Source: Anthoceros angustus
Taxonomy: Eukaryota; Plantae; Anthocerotophyta
Reading direction: 5' to 3'
DNA length: 64,000 nt
Assembly: GCA_010909165.1 (NCBI GenBank)
Contig: VJWM01000126.1
Span: forward strand, 62,001 to 126,000
Part shown: one piece after another, positions 22,379-35,129 of the stretch
Position numbering within the stretch: position 1 is the stretch's first letter
Layout of the letters: each line of letters opens with the position of its first letter
Position numbers and translations under genes: made by a program
Notes under the pieces: model-generated
What the model was told of the DNA's origin: nothing
Databases searched by the model: none
Seen by the model: only the letters and a program-made list of their open reading frames with translations

Positions 22379-22850
22379 CGCTGGCAATCACCAAGGAGGG
22401 GAAATATCCCACACTGCTCAGAATGTCTCTGTACCGAATAGGTTCAGGTCAAGATTCCCGCCATGTGGAAGAGGAACAGAATCAGGCTCAGGCTGTTTCA
22501 GCAAAGCAGATGAAGAGCACCCGCCAAGTCATCCAGCTCACTCGGATTGCTCATGGCTTGGCATTTCACCTTCGCCTTCAGACGGTGAAGGTTAAACCCT
22601 ATACCGGGTACGAATAAACCCGGGTTAACAACAACGGTAGCATTCGCCTTGGCCTCATGTGCGGACAGCGTACAGCGCGAGCCGAATTGAGCGATTGACC
22701 CATCTGTTTGTGCCTCGTCTGGGGTGCAATCTCTTGGGTTGTGGAAGCGAAGAATGTTGTACTGCGCGGTGTGAAGATCTGGGTTGTGGCTTGCATGCAG
22801 AAATTCAAAGAGGTCGGGGCGTGAAGGGACAAACAGTCCAAGCATTGGAG

Positions 22851-23738
22851 ATGGAAGAGGAGAAGCTGGCGGATGTGGAGAAGAAGGTGAAGAAGGCCAA
22901 CAAGCTAACCAGATACAGCCTGACGAGGTGGAGTGTGGACTGGCTGGAAGCCACGCAGCTCTACGAGCAGGCAGCTGTGCAATTCAAGCTCGCGAAGCAG
23001 TACGAGAAGGCCAAGGAGTGCTTCGAGAGGGCGTCCATGGGGCAGGAGAGGTTGCAGTCGGAGTGGAATTCCGCCAAGCACCTGGAGTCGGCCGGGGCCA
23101 TGGCGAAGGAGCTCGGATTGTGGGTGGAGGTGGCGGATCTGTACAGGCGGGCCAGCGTGCTCTACAACACCTGCGGGAAACCCCAGCCGGCGGCGGATGC
23201 TTTGAGAAGGGGAGCTGCGGCTCTGGAAGACGGGGCCCCGGAGGAGGGCGTGAGAATGTATCTGGATTCTTGTGCTATTCTGGAGGAAGAAGGGAAGCAA
23301 CAGCTGGCTTTCGATGTATACCGGGCAGCCACGGCGCTGTACTTGAGGCTGGAGAGGTATCAGGATGCTGCAGCCATGTTGCTGCGTTGGGGGCTTGCTG
23401 CTGATCAGTGCAAGGCCGTGTACACGCAATGCAAGGCTTATCTCAGCGCCATCCTTGTCTACCTCTACATCCCCGACGAGAAGCAGGCGGAGCAGTGTCT
23501 CAACGATTGCTCCCAGGTTGACGCCTTCTTCAACAGCGAGTACAATAGATGCGCTGAGCAGCTACTTCAAGCCTACAGGGAGGGTTCTGTGGAAGACATC
23601 AAGCGGGTGGCCAAAGGGGGCACTGTCAGGCAGCTAGACCATCTCATTGTTAAGCTTGCTCAGGACCTTCCAAGCGGGGATGTGGCGGCTCTGGCTTCGT
23701 TCGAGGATGACGGACTGGAGGAGAATGAACTTCTATGA
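22851..23738 (+). CDS. Gamma-soluble NSF attachment protein (gamma-SNAP), single exon, 295 aa
   Basis: LTRWSVDW..ATQLYEQAA, AKHLESA, QPAADAL, QCKAYLSAI..YLY, DCSQVDAF and an acidic C-terminus match plant gamma-SNAP. Confidence 0.93.
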   Translation: MEEEKLADVEKKVKKANKLTRYSLTRWSVDWLEATQLYEQAAVQFKLAKQYEKAKECFERASMGQERLQSEWNSAKHLESAGAMAKELGLWVEVADLYRRASVLYNTCGKPQPAADALRRGAAALEDGAPEEGVRMYLDSCAILEEEGKQQLAFDVYRAATALYLRLERYQDAAAMLLRWGLAADQCKAVYTQCKAYLSAILVYLYIPDEKQAEQCLNDCSQVDAFFNSEYNRCAEQLLQAYREGSVEDIKRVAKGGTVRQLDHLIVKLAQDLPSGDVAALASFEDDGLEENELL

Positions 23739-24889
23739 GTCATGCTGGTTGTGGTGTTGCCAGCTTCCTCTCAGCGCAAAAAATATTTTCTCGGGGCTTC
23801 AGATCTGCTTGTGCAGAGAAGATGCTTCCCTTACTCTTCTTCGTATCTAAGTGTCTCATCTTTTTTTTTTGTCTGCAGGTGTTTCTACCTTCACTAGCCT
23901 TCATCAGCCACCTGCACCCTCTTTTTTTCATTCAGCTTGCCTCTGCTGGTGATGGCTGGTTATGTACATGCCTTCCATGTTGTACATCTGTATTAATCCG
24001 GTCCTACTTGTAGTGCCTCTGTAGTGAATGATCTCAAGCAGCTGCGTGGAACACACAGCAGCAGGGCCATCTGTTTTGGCCACTATGGTAGTTTGGGTCC
24101 CTGCACAGCTTGCCCCTCCTTGTTCCTTGATGAGGACGACATTATCTACTTATACGTGTCGTCTGTTCCTCGATTTTCACGCTCGAAGTAGACAATGAAG
24201 TTTGGAGTAGAATCACAGAATTAGGTCAAGTTCCACAATTTACCGGTCCACCCATTTCCAGAAACGCCTAACCAGGACATTGCCTGCAGGTTATGTGTGT
24301 CATCTATGGACAGTGTCCTGCGAATTTGAGTGTCGCAGGAAAGGGCTTTTTGTGGCAGAGAAAACGGATTCGACACCAAGCGACACGACGACCCCTCGGA
24401 GCCGGGATCCTTGACTGCGTATGTCAAGAACCCACCTGGCAGAAAACCAATTCCCAGCTTTTCCTGTCTTTCAGTCGGCGCTAGCTTCTGTTCTTCAGCC
24501 GACAGGGTGATTCAGAATGTTGAGCGGTTCTCGATGTGTGTGTGTCTTGACGGGCAGGAGTGAGTAGGCTCGAGTCCCAGGCACTTGGATGTGAGGGTTT
24601 CAAAATTTGGTGCTGTGGGTGGCGGGAGAACCGCCGGCAGTGGGCACTATCATGTGGACGTCGAGTGCGTGCAGTGAGTCGATAGACGCCATTGACAGGA
24701 AATGGTGCAATTGCCCAACAGGCGCAGGAAGATGTTTCTTCAACTCAAGCAGCTGTGGCTAAGGTGGCCAGACGGGAAAGAGGATGCGCCCGCAATGTAG
24801 GGGTGCGGAATCAGCAGAAAGGGGGGTTGTTATGACAAACCTCCGATTCCTGAAGCCTTAGATGTTGCCAGACAGCCCAGCATTCAGGT

Positions 24890-26813
24890 ATGGACAGTAA
24901 ATGCGTACTGCACAAGCGAGCACAGAGCCCGGGGAAGAGGGAAGAAGTTGCTGCTGATCATGGCTGCGTCCGGACACCCCCCCATATTCACCCAGCATCT
25001 CAGCCAGCATCTCACCCAGGATCTCCTCCAGCTTCGCGATGCGCCGAGAGAGCTCCAACCCCTGCCCCTACAGCTTCTCATACGGGCCACACTTGCCGCC
25101 AGCAGCCGACGCCAGTGCCGCCTGAGATTGCCGAGCATGTTCCTGTTTTCGCCACATGCCCTCACCGGAACACATCCATGCAGCCGATTCAGGTGTTTGG
25201 TTGTGCTCCTGTGGGTTCTGGCCTCAAATACATGCTGGGTACTGGAAAGGCTGAGAAGACATATGGCCAGCTTGCGGAAGAAGCCAGGGTGACGAGGGAG
25301 AGGCTGCAAATAATGCACAATCGTGCTAAGGGAATCCCCAGTCGGACTCAAAAGCGGGCCAAGGTATGTATGTATGCAGTATGTGCGTGATTTTCTACAG
25401 TGCGAAGCGCAGAGCTTGTTCCATGCTTCGCAGTGTCAGTAGGGTTAAGGACGTGTTGGGTGACATTGAATGCCGCAGTTACTGAGAGCATGCAATGCCA
25501 CCGAAGATAATTCTCTAGAAAGTTTGAAGACGATACTAAGCGGCCCTCATTCTGACCTGGCCAAACAAGCAGAGATTATGGCTATGTTCTCAGCCAAGCT
25601 TCATTACTATGAGTCAGCACTAGACGATGCTCTGAGAAAACTCTCCACCTTCAAACAGCATGATGACGGGCGGCAACATGCACTCGAACACTGTGAAGCT
25701 CGCCTCAGAGACCTCCAGGACGAGATTCAAAGGAACAACGAGCAGCAGAGACATGTGTCATGTTTGCTGACCAACTGTCTCAAGAGCCATGAATGTGAAA
25801 ACAAGTTGGAGGACAAGAACCGGGAAATCAGGAGCCTGCAAGACTCTCTTTTCCGATCATCCATTGAGAAGGACAAGATAAAGTCCCAGAAAGATCGTGT
25901 TGATAAAGTTCTTGAGCAAATGGCTTCTGAGAGTAAACAGGGAGCCTTCATACACCTCGGGGCCATTCCTCCTCTGTTTGAGTCTGCAGTTGCAAGGGTC
26001 AACGCCACGACAGAGATATTCACCAAGCTGTTCATGATGGCAATGAAGAAGGCCAAGAGGAACTTGGTGACAGATGCTCATAATCTTTTGCCGGGTGTGT
26101 ACGTTTCCAAAGCAATGCACATTGCTTATGTCTTCCAGGCCTACATCAGCAACCAGATGTTCGTGGGGTTTGAAGATGCAGACTTCTGCCTAGATGATGC
26201 AGGACTAGAAGATGATAGGAAACGGCGAGGCGACTGCTTCATGCACTTTAGTAACATGGTCCTTCCGTTGGACCCCAAGGAAGAAGACCCCTTCTCCAAA
26301 GGCAAACAGGTTGCGTTCCAGAAGTTTTGTTGTAGCAAGTTCATGGCGGTTGTTCCTCCATGGCTTGAGAGGACTTTGTTCAAGGACTTGCGAAGCCGTG
26401 AAAGGATAGACAAAGGGGAGGAGCCTGAGAATGAACTGTACGAAAAACTGAAGGACATGGCGGCATCCATTTGGCTGCTTCACCGCCTTGCAACGTCCTT
26501 CAAGCCAAGTGGGGCTATTTTCAGGGTAAGGAGGGGAGCCGATGTAAACCCTAACCTCATGGATGTAGTTGTGCCCAAGGAAGAAGACGTTAACTTTTTT
26601 GACAAAGTTGGTTTTATGATTATGCCCGGCTTTGAGGCTAAGGGTACAACAATCAGATCTAGGGTATATTTAGATGGCCCCAAGCAAACTCTTGAGCAAT
26701 TACAGCAGTTAGCTTCGGCAGCTGGTGGAGTAACTGGGCCTGCAGCTGCCCAGGGCGCATCTGCCCCTGCCCCTGCAGCAAGGAGGGCTGGAAATTCAAG
26801 GAAAAGAGCTTAG
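24890..26813 (+). CDS. GIL1/IRK-interacting-protein-like coiled-coil protein; exons 24890-25363 and 25479-26813, 5' end uncertain
   Basis: C-terminal SIWLLHRLATSF..IFRVRRG..VGFMIMPGF..IRSRVYL matches the GIL1/IRKI domain. A phase-0 GT-AG intron (25364-25478) joins the two ORFs. Confidence 0.8.
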
Positions 26814-29292
26814 CTTTAAGTTCTCCATCCGGCGTGATGGATATGGAAAACAAGCAAGGCTATTTTCATATCGAAGTGTCAAAAAAAGTTGAACGAAGTC
26901 TATTGTAGTGCATCTGGGATGGAGTTTTCCTACAATGGGACTTCATGGGACTTGGTACTTGGACAACTTGTACCATGGTGAGCCCAAGCTACAAGCTCCA
27001 AGACATCCACTCCTCTAGGCACAAACATAGCTGCTTTACACCTACGGTTAATGTGCAGGTAGGTGTACATCCATTGGTTACGGAGTTTAGTTGTGTGGGC
27101 GGCTAAAAGCATACATTTTTCATTTATTCCTGCCAAAGTTCTTTTCTATGAAATAAAGGTGATTATTATATATTTATTATATTAATTTATATAAATTTAT
27201 ATGATATAAAGTATAAATGAGGAGTGACATGCAGTTAGGAGTTCATTGGAACTCCGTGGTGAACCCTACAATGACCGGGGTGGTAAGGGCCTATTTCTCC
27301 AATAATTCACGCTTGTGACTTTTTCATTTTTCCAGTCCATATTTCAGTATCTAGAAATTGAGCCCTGCCTCATGCATTCACATGCTTTCCAATGGTGTAT
27401 GCCTTGCCTTCATGCACAATTTAAAACACAGTCAGCAACGGGAGAGTGCACAATTTGATGTCTCATGCGACTTTCAGAGACTTCAGCCTGGGTAGAAGCA
27501 AATTCTGCACAAGTGTGTGGCATCTAAACTACCTGGCTTCCTAGTCCAGTTCAGCATCCCCGTCGATAATCACAAGGAAAAATTGAAATTGCCCAAGTTC
27601 AAATGTTTTCATTAGCATGGCTTTCACAAAATTAGAGAGGCTTAGGCAAACGTTTCTAACAAAAGTGACCTCAGGTGAATACCTACCACTGCGACGTGCA
27701 CTATCTACATCTACATATCCCCCAAAACGCATTTCGTCTCTACACACCCAGCACCCTCTCATTCGCCTTCCTAAGCCACCGTGACCTACCATACCAGCAC
27801 CTTCTCGCTGCCGTACCATAGAGATAGGAGAGAAGTGTATGCCAATCTCTCTCTACATGCGAGTGAAATGGCTCCGGTAACCCGAGGTCTTTGAAGTTGC
27901 CTCCTGATGCATGGACGTTTAGATCGAGATTCTTGATGTTGTGGTGGTGCGTTGTTTTTGCAGTTTAGGTCAATAGGAGCGGAACAGGAAGCGGAAGAAG
28001 GCTACCCAACATTTTTTACTAATGGGGACCACATGTTTTTGTGGGCCTGAAAACATACCTCAAAGTCTCAATTCGAGACGGTCGGACATTCTGGGGTTAA
28101 GCAACTGGTCGGATCACTACTATAATGGGGTACCATCCATGCCCGATTACTATTAGTCCTTGGTGGCCTGCATGCTCTGAAGCCCTTATATACGACCTCT
28201 CATGTCTCACGCGCAAAAAAAGGCCGCTATTGTAAGGTTCTGAAACCCTTTGGGGCCACTTGAGACATGGCCTCTGTTCTTCCGCCCACTTAAAAAAGGC
28301 CGTTATTACAGGGTTCTAAACCGCTTTGCGACTGCATGATACATCTAGCCCGAAAAAAAAGGGTTGTTGTTGTAAGGTCCTTCGGAATCCTCTAAATTAC
28401 ATGGAATGTAAACACCCAATCAATTTCACTAAAAAAATATCATCCTTTATCCCTTGTGAATCAAGTGTTGTGTTTAACCGGGCAAACATATATGAAACCA
28501 CTTTTAGATTAAATGTTGCATAATTAGAAGGTTTTTGATATACGCCTAACAAATATGTTTTAAATATTTTCCTTTTGCAAAGAACGTGTATCTTTGTTTG
28601 AAATACAAGCGAATGCTCAAGGCTGATCCATATAAATTTTTTCCTTAGATAAACACACTAATTAAAAACACAAACATCATGGACCCGAACTATAATAAGA
28701 TAAATATAAAGAAAAATATTAATAGATAAATAGATAATAGATAATAATTTAGTTAGGATAAAGACAAGCTATGACAGAGTGGCAACTATGCCGGCATGCA
28801 AGATGCGAGCCCAGAAGCCTAGGTACTTAAGGAACGGCAGCCTAGGAAAAGACAAGCAATTCTGTTTATAATTTAGACTTATGTTTCATGGATGAGCTCT
28901 TTCACCATTGCTGGGAAAGATGAACGTGAGGCACGAAATAAATGTTTGCAAGCGTAAGCCAAAAGGACAAAATCCACATGCTTAACAACCCACTATACAC
29001 TGACGTAGCACCTTGAGCATGCTAAAATTCCTTGGGCAATTGCAACATTGAGGGAGCTTGCTCTGCTCAAGCTTTTGAACAATGGCTAGCTGGCCAAGAG
29101 ATACATTGGAAGTTAGCTTGAGAAGCAAGTGTGTTACCAAAAGATGCTGATAGAGGAAAATGGTTTGTTTGGTTGTATAGTTTTCCCTCCAAATACATGG
29201 ATTTGCGGTTGGTTGTATAGTGGCATGGATGTTATTATAGCAACAAGGACGTTACATTATCCCCGACATAGATTATGAAACTACACCATCAA

Positions 29293-29550
29293 TCTCTCAA
29301 ATTCATCAAAGAGAATGCACGCCAAGCTCTACCACTAACTTCCCCAATCCATGAAGGGGTGTGCATGCCAAGAACTAACATTAATTTCTCAAATTCATAA
29401 GAGGTGTGCACGCCAAGGCTTACCACTAATCTCCCAAATTCATGAAGGGATGCGCATGCCAAGGTCTACAGCTGATCTCTCAAATTCATCAAGAGGTGCG
29501 CCAATGCTTACCACTAATCTCCTAAATTGATCAAGGCACCATGCCAAGGC
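29293..29550. repeat. Degenerate ~46-bp tandem array, about 6 units
   Basis: Recurring CTCTCAAATTCAT..AG.G.TG.GCA.GCCAAG..CT.ACCACTAAT. Confidence 0.8.
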
Positions 29551-29879
29551 TAATTACATGCGTAGGCTTCGTACGGAGTAGGTTCCTTATTTCGTATATC
29601 TTTACATAACGGATACTAAGGGAGGTGAGGGATGGCAGGCCTGGAAGGGGAGCGAGGATATGGGGTTAAGGGTCTCTTTTTCGACGGCGTAGTACTAGTG
29701 TAGATGGATCATCTATCTCTATTTACTACCGATATACAATATCTCTAGCTATATTAGCCAACAATTCGGAAGAGATCCTATTTCTAGTCTTCTATCATGC
29801 TACTTATGTGACTTAGGTGCGGGAGGCGGGAGGCGGGAGGCGGGGACCCCATGAGCGGTGCTCTCGCCTTTACATAATA

Positions 29880-31960
29880 GACACCGTAAAAAGCGCCCGT
29901 CTTTTGCGCGGGGTCTAGGAACGGTCTATGACCACCTCCAGAACTACTTTACTCCCGAGGAGTAGTTTTTCGGAGTTATTTATTCTAGCAGCTGTTGTTG
30001 CGTGGGGAGAGACATCTCTTCGGAGTTCTCAGGTTTTGAGTGCTAGCAAACTACTAGCTATGAAGAAGCCCACACCTTGGGTCTGTCATAATGCCGTGGG
30101 GATGCGTTCTTGCAGCTTGTTAGTCACAGCATTGCTATTCAGCTCCGTAAGCAGTTATAGGCTTATCTTAGTCCCCACTAATTTAAAATTACTACTCTAG
30201 GGGGCTGCAAGTTAATGGCTTTTGGGGTTGAGGCGATTTTCAAGTCCTATCCGGATTGGGTTGCTTTGCAGGTCGACGTAGAGAAGGCCTTCAACACTGT
30301 CTCCAGGGCGGCCATCTTCGACGAGCTCAAGGACGTAAGAGGGCCGTTGGCTAATCTTATTTCTTTTGTGTGCTCATTCTATAGGTCTCTCTCTAACCTC
30401 TATTATCAGCATTGGCCCTCAATGGAAGGGGTTTCCATGCTCGACTTGGCGACAGGCACGAGGCAGGGGACCCCATGAGCGGTGCTCTCGCCGCTATGGC
30501 GCACTTTAAGGCTCCGTCTTTAACTACCTCTCCAATCTCAGAATATTTGTATCCGTCTGTGGCAGACGATACCCATATCCTTGGGCCGGGGCCAAGGTCA
30601 AGGGCCTTTGAGCTCTCCTCCTCGGAGCTCTCTCGCCTTGGTCTGAAAATTAAGGTCTTGAAGTGCCTGATATGGTCCTCTACATGTGTTACGCCCTTTT
30701 TGCATTATGCACAGGAGATATTGCTTCTCCATAGGGACTTCGGCTTTTAGGCGTCCCCATAGGGCCCCCGACCTTGATATTGGAATTTGTGGACGCGGCA
30801 TTGAAGGAGGACTTGGCGCATATTGAGGATCTTTCTCAATTGGGGGACCCATAGGTAGTGTTCGGCTTCCTTTGTGCCAGCTTCAAATTCATGCGTTGGC
30901 TGGGGTATCTTCTGCATACGGTGGCCTCTTCTCCGGCTTTCCTCCCTAGTTTTTTGACAAACAGATTATGTAGGCATTGAGTGACATCATCGGCCCGGTC
31001 TCCTTCGAGTGCGGCGCTGGGGATCTGGCGCGGCGGCAAGCGTCTCTACCTGTCACTTTTGAGGGCACAGGTTTGTTGGCCACGGAGGGCTTTGCACCGG
31101 GGACCCTTATAGAGAGTTGGCCCCTCTCTGCCCCCATCTTGGCCTCCCGTTTTTTAATCAGGGATTCTCGTATCTTAGAGGTCTTCGTATCGGGCGTTGA
31201 GGAGGGGGCCTTCCCTATGCAAGTGTCCTTGAGGATGGTTAGGGGATCTTTATCCTCCAAGGCTAGGGCTATCATGCCTCACTTTTCCTCATTCTCCAAG
31301 GTTGGGTTGCTTGGGCTTCAAGCCTCCCTCCAGGAGAAGCAGTACGGTTAGGCGCAGTTGGCCCTTCTGCTGGATTTCTCCATTCCCCGACTCACCCGAG
31401 CTTGTCTCCGTTCTTGTTCGAGAAAGAGAGCAGGTTCCTAACTTTTAGGCCGACCTTGCATTTAGGCTTTCCGAATCGCACCGACTTCTTTTTCTACCAC
31501 GATGAGGTTCTTCTTCAGTTTGGTCCAACCTGTGGCTTGCCTTCTCTCTTGTTCTGCAGCGGTGCAGGCCTCCTCGACAACTTTGGGACACACCTAGCTC
31601 ATTGCCCTAGTGACTGGGCACTGCATCGCTATGCATGACACCGTCCGTGATGGCATGTTCTCTATGGCGAAGGAGAGCGGATTCATACCATATAGGGAAC
31701 ACCCATATACCCTACTCAATTGACATTTGGGTAATGGATTTGGATATTGATAATGCAGTATATTCCTAGGATGGCAGCAAGCGCACATCTTTAGCAAGTA
31801 CCGAAGTGGTAGGTGAGCCTTTTCACATCCCAGACCATGCCATTCTCGGAGCAATAGGTAAATTCAAAATGGGCGATCGCGGGGCTAGTCCCCCTTGGCC
31901 TAGTGTCCCCTTTAAGGGTTGTTTCCTTTCGTTTCGGGGTAGATAAATTTTCCCATCTGT
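29880..31960 (+). mobile_element. Decayed non-LTR retrotransposon, CRE-like clade: RT followed by a C-terminal Cys/His and restriction-like-endonuclease region
   Basis: SKLLAMKKP, PDWVALQVDVEKAFNTVSR, GTRQG(D)PMSGAL, YPSVADDTHILGP, ARRQASLPV and HLAHC...HDTVRD. Many stops and frameshifts. Clade call is from motif recall. Confidence 0.85.
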
Positions 31961-32609
31961 TTTTAATATATAAATTCTCCGTTGTTCCAGCAACAAGTTG
32001 GGAGAGATCCAATTCATGTGCTCCCCGGCGGTCTCCGACTTCGGTGTCCGCTGCCCTAATAACCCTAATAACACAGCAAGCAGAGCTAAACTGCTCACTA
32101 ATAAGCGGCCTGATTTGTCAGAAGTGCAGAATACGACATGCTGCACTACCAGTTTATGATGCAGCTGGAAATGTCTGGACATGGATGCTCCTCCGCATGA
32201 AACGCACATTTGTGTCGGGCGATTCTCCGAATCCGCCAGATGCGGCACCCAAGCGAGCGCAGACACTCCAAGGACCGAGCTTGGCTGTGTCTCTGCAGCA
32301 GCACACGTTGATAATGGCCTGTTGCCCGATGGCCGCATTGCTGGGGAAAGCTAACACAAGGTGTTTGGCGTGACAGAGGCCTGGAATTTTACAGCGTTCT
32401 CTCGCTGTCCGCGAGCAGGACCTTGCCATCTGCCCGCTGCCGCTTTCCACGGCGCACAAGTTCTTTCCGGTATCGAAGATTTGGAGCTTTGGAGTACTTC
32501 GGCATATGCAGGAGGGGGACCGTCTTTGTGCCAACAATGTGCCTTCCCTGATTTGCCGCGGTCGGGGATAGCTGCACGGCTCAGGAAGCATCGGTGAAGG
32601 AGGCCAGCA

Positions 32610-33868
32610 ATGCCCCGTCCCAAGCATTTTGCGTGCACGGAGAAGTTTGTGAAGGAGCTGCGTGGAGTGAGGTTGGTACACAACAGGATAGCTCACGAGG
32701 ATTGCAGCCACACTGCGGACGCCAATTTTCGCGACGGCCTTGAGAACTCCACTTTCCGTTTCAGGTCTGTTCTTGTCAGGTTGAGGTTGTGGAAAACTTC
32801 TTGGGATCTAATGCGCCTCTTCTGCATCTTTACGGCAGAGTAGTGCAATCTCAGGAGATCACCTTTGGCAAATCTGACCAGCATCCACTCAAGACGTTAT
32901 GGGACCAGCTGCCTGCCTGGTTCAAGCCGATCCATTGCGGCTGCGATGGTAAATGACTGGGTCCCTGTATCGCGGTCTTGGTGTCAGTTCGGTTGGTCAG
33001 TTGTCTGACAAGTAGCCCGTCTACTACATCATCAGGTGATCAAAATTTGCAGGAAAGGATTGCCAATGTTGTAACCTCCATACCCTTCATTGTTCTTGGC
33101 CTTCAGATTCCAAGGTCAGCACTGAAATCATAGTTCTTGCTACCCCAAGCTCTGACTTGTTGTCTTGAAGGGGAGATGTTTTCATCCGCTCTGCCCCTCT
33201 TGTTTTGGCAGAAAGCACGTGTCGTCCAAATTGTATGGAGCATCGCTTTGTGGAGTAGGTCTTGCTTCGACATTGTACCATGTATCCAGTGGGAAGGCAA
33301 GGAAGGTGTTCAGATATGGTGACTATGCCATGATTGCGGCTTCGACACTGGTAAGCCCCAGCACTAAGCTGAAAACCACTGGTGAATGCGTCCTGGTCAT
33401 TGCCTGGATGGTGAGATACCATGGCTGCCATGTTGAGCAACCTGACATGGCATGTTTGCAGTGTTTGTCTGGGGCTGTGAGGAAGGAGAACTCCGCAGCA
33501 TTGATGGTGGCATCAGGGGTCTTACTTCCCTTCTCACCTTTTGTTGTCAGCGTCCTGCACACGAGCTTGATGGAGGTACATTTGGTGCTGCATGATGGCA
33601 ATTGTTACATGTCTGTGAGAACAATGTTTGATCTGAGAAGTGGTGTTTTAAAGAATCAAACTGTCTATGTGAGCAGGCGACTTTTGCTCAGAGAGCCAAG
33701 ACTGAGGCAGCGCTAAGAAAACCATACTGCATCCACACATTGTCCTCTGTTATCGGTGGTGCTCTGTTTATAGCAGACGACGTCTTCCCCAACACCCCTT
33801 ACATTCATGCAGCCTGGCACCTTGCAGCTGCTCTGGGGGTTGCGACGTCGGCAGCCCTGGTAGGGTAG
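32610..33868 (+). CDS. Conserved plant membrane protein of the CREST (ceramidase/PAQR/hemolysin-III-like) type; 5' end uncertain
   Basis: Exons 32610-32764, 32839-32948, 33036-33114, 33212-33350, 33462-33575 and 33677-33868 splice in frame. Motifs ANVVTSIPF, ASTLYH, YGDYAMIA and YIHAAWHLAAA. Confidence 0.82.
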
Positions 33869-34322
33869 CCTAATGTAGGGTGTACACAGGAATTCTTTCT
33901 TATTGGTCGGGACACTCAGAGATGTCCAAATCCATTGTATTTTCTACTATCAGATATTTGTCCTAGTGGTGCAAGTGGTTCCGCACCAAAGGATCCTGGC
34001 AATAATGTCACCACAGACACTGACTGGCCTGCAGTACTCTGGCTCTTGTAAGATTTTCGCTTAAGTCCCATATGAACGAGCTGCATGATGAAACGAATAT
34101 GCAGCTCGAAAGCCATGAAGCACACAGGATGTATAACACCATGGCAGATATTTTTCCGCCCAAAATAGGTATTGGAAATTATCAAGGCATAAGAATAGGC
34201 ACACTGCTAAAGGAACAGCGACCAAAGCAACGGGGCATTCGACCTCTGTAACTGCAACAAGGCATTGAAGCTACGCAAATGCTACGATGCATGCAAGCTC
34301 TGTGTGTAAAAAATGTCCAGGG

Positions 34323-35129
34323 TCATTTGCACTTGCACGGGTTGTCCTTGCAGTTGCACACTTTCTGGCCACTTGCAGCCCAGCCGTTGAAACCGTGTTC
34401 CAAGACAAGCACTTTAGGGAGATGGGAAGCAGTTCCAGCTGCTTGAGCTCTGTTGATGTGGTCAGCAAAGGACTTAGCACAGGTAGGGCCTCGCACCTGG
34501 GGAGCAATGTGTGCCAGAATCATCAGGTTGTGAATGAGATGAAAGCTGTCAGTGAAGAAGCAGAAAAAATTAGGAGGCCATACCTGGCTCTTGGCACAAT
34601 GGAATACCACGGCATCCTTCCCCTGCACATCATGCAGCAACTCTACAACGCGTGCCTCGAAGGTCTCGCTGGCGTAGTGCAACGAGCCAGCAATGTGGCC
34701 CCCTGACTTACGTTCCTCATCCCTGCCAAGCCATGATGGGTCAGGACATGATGCAAGAAAAGCTAGCACTCGAGAGACATGATTCCCAGGCCCTTCACAG
34801 ATCTGTGTGGCAATGTGCTCAAATCAAGCACAAATTGCAGACACCTGCACCCACACAGACTAGCATTGTGCGCAGCGGAGTTTCAATCCTGTGTAGAATG
34901 AAACCCAAATCGTGCACGACGGTTTACATCGCAAACCACAAACACACGCTGCAGCAATTGCGCTTGCAGATGGGGACAACGGCAAACACGCCTGCAGCGA
35001 TTGCAACCGTCATCCGACAATCCTGGTACCTAGCAGTGTCAAGCCTCACCTCACGTCCACAATGGCGATCTTGTCTCCCTTGCTCTTGGCGAGATCGGCG
35101 GCTGTGAGATACCCGATCTTGGAAGCCAT
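34323..35129 (-). CDS. CDC25: CDC25-like rhodanese / arsenate reductase (ACR2-type), 3 exons, 130 aa
   Basis: Exons 35129-35050, 34722-34584 and 34496-34323. Motifs IVDVRDEER..GHIAGSLHY, VFHCAKSQVRGP and LEHGFNGW. Confidence 0.94.
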
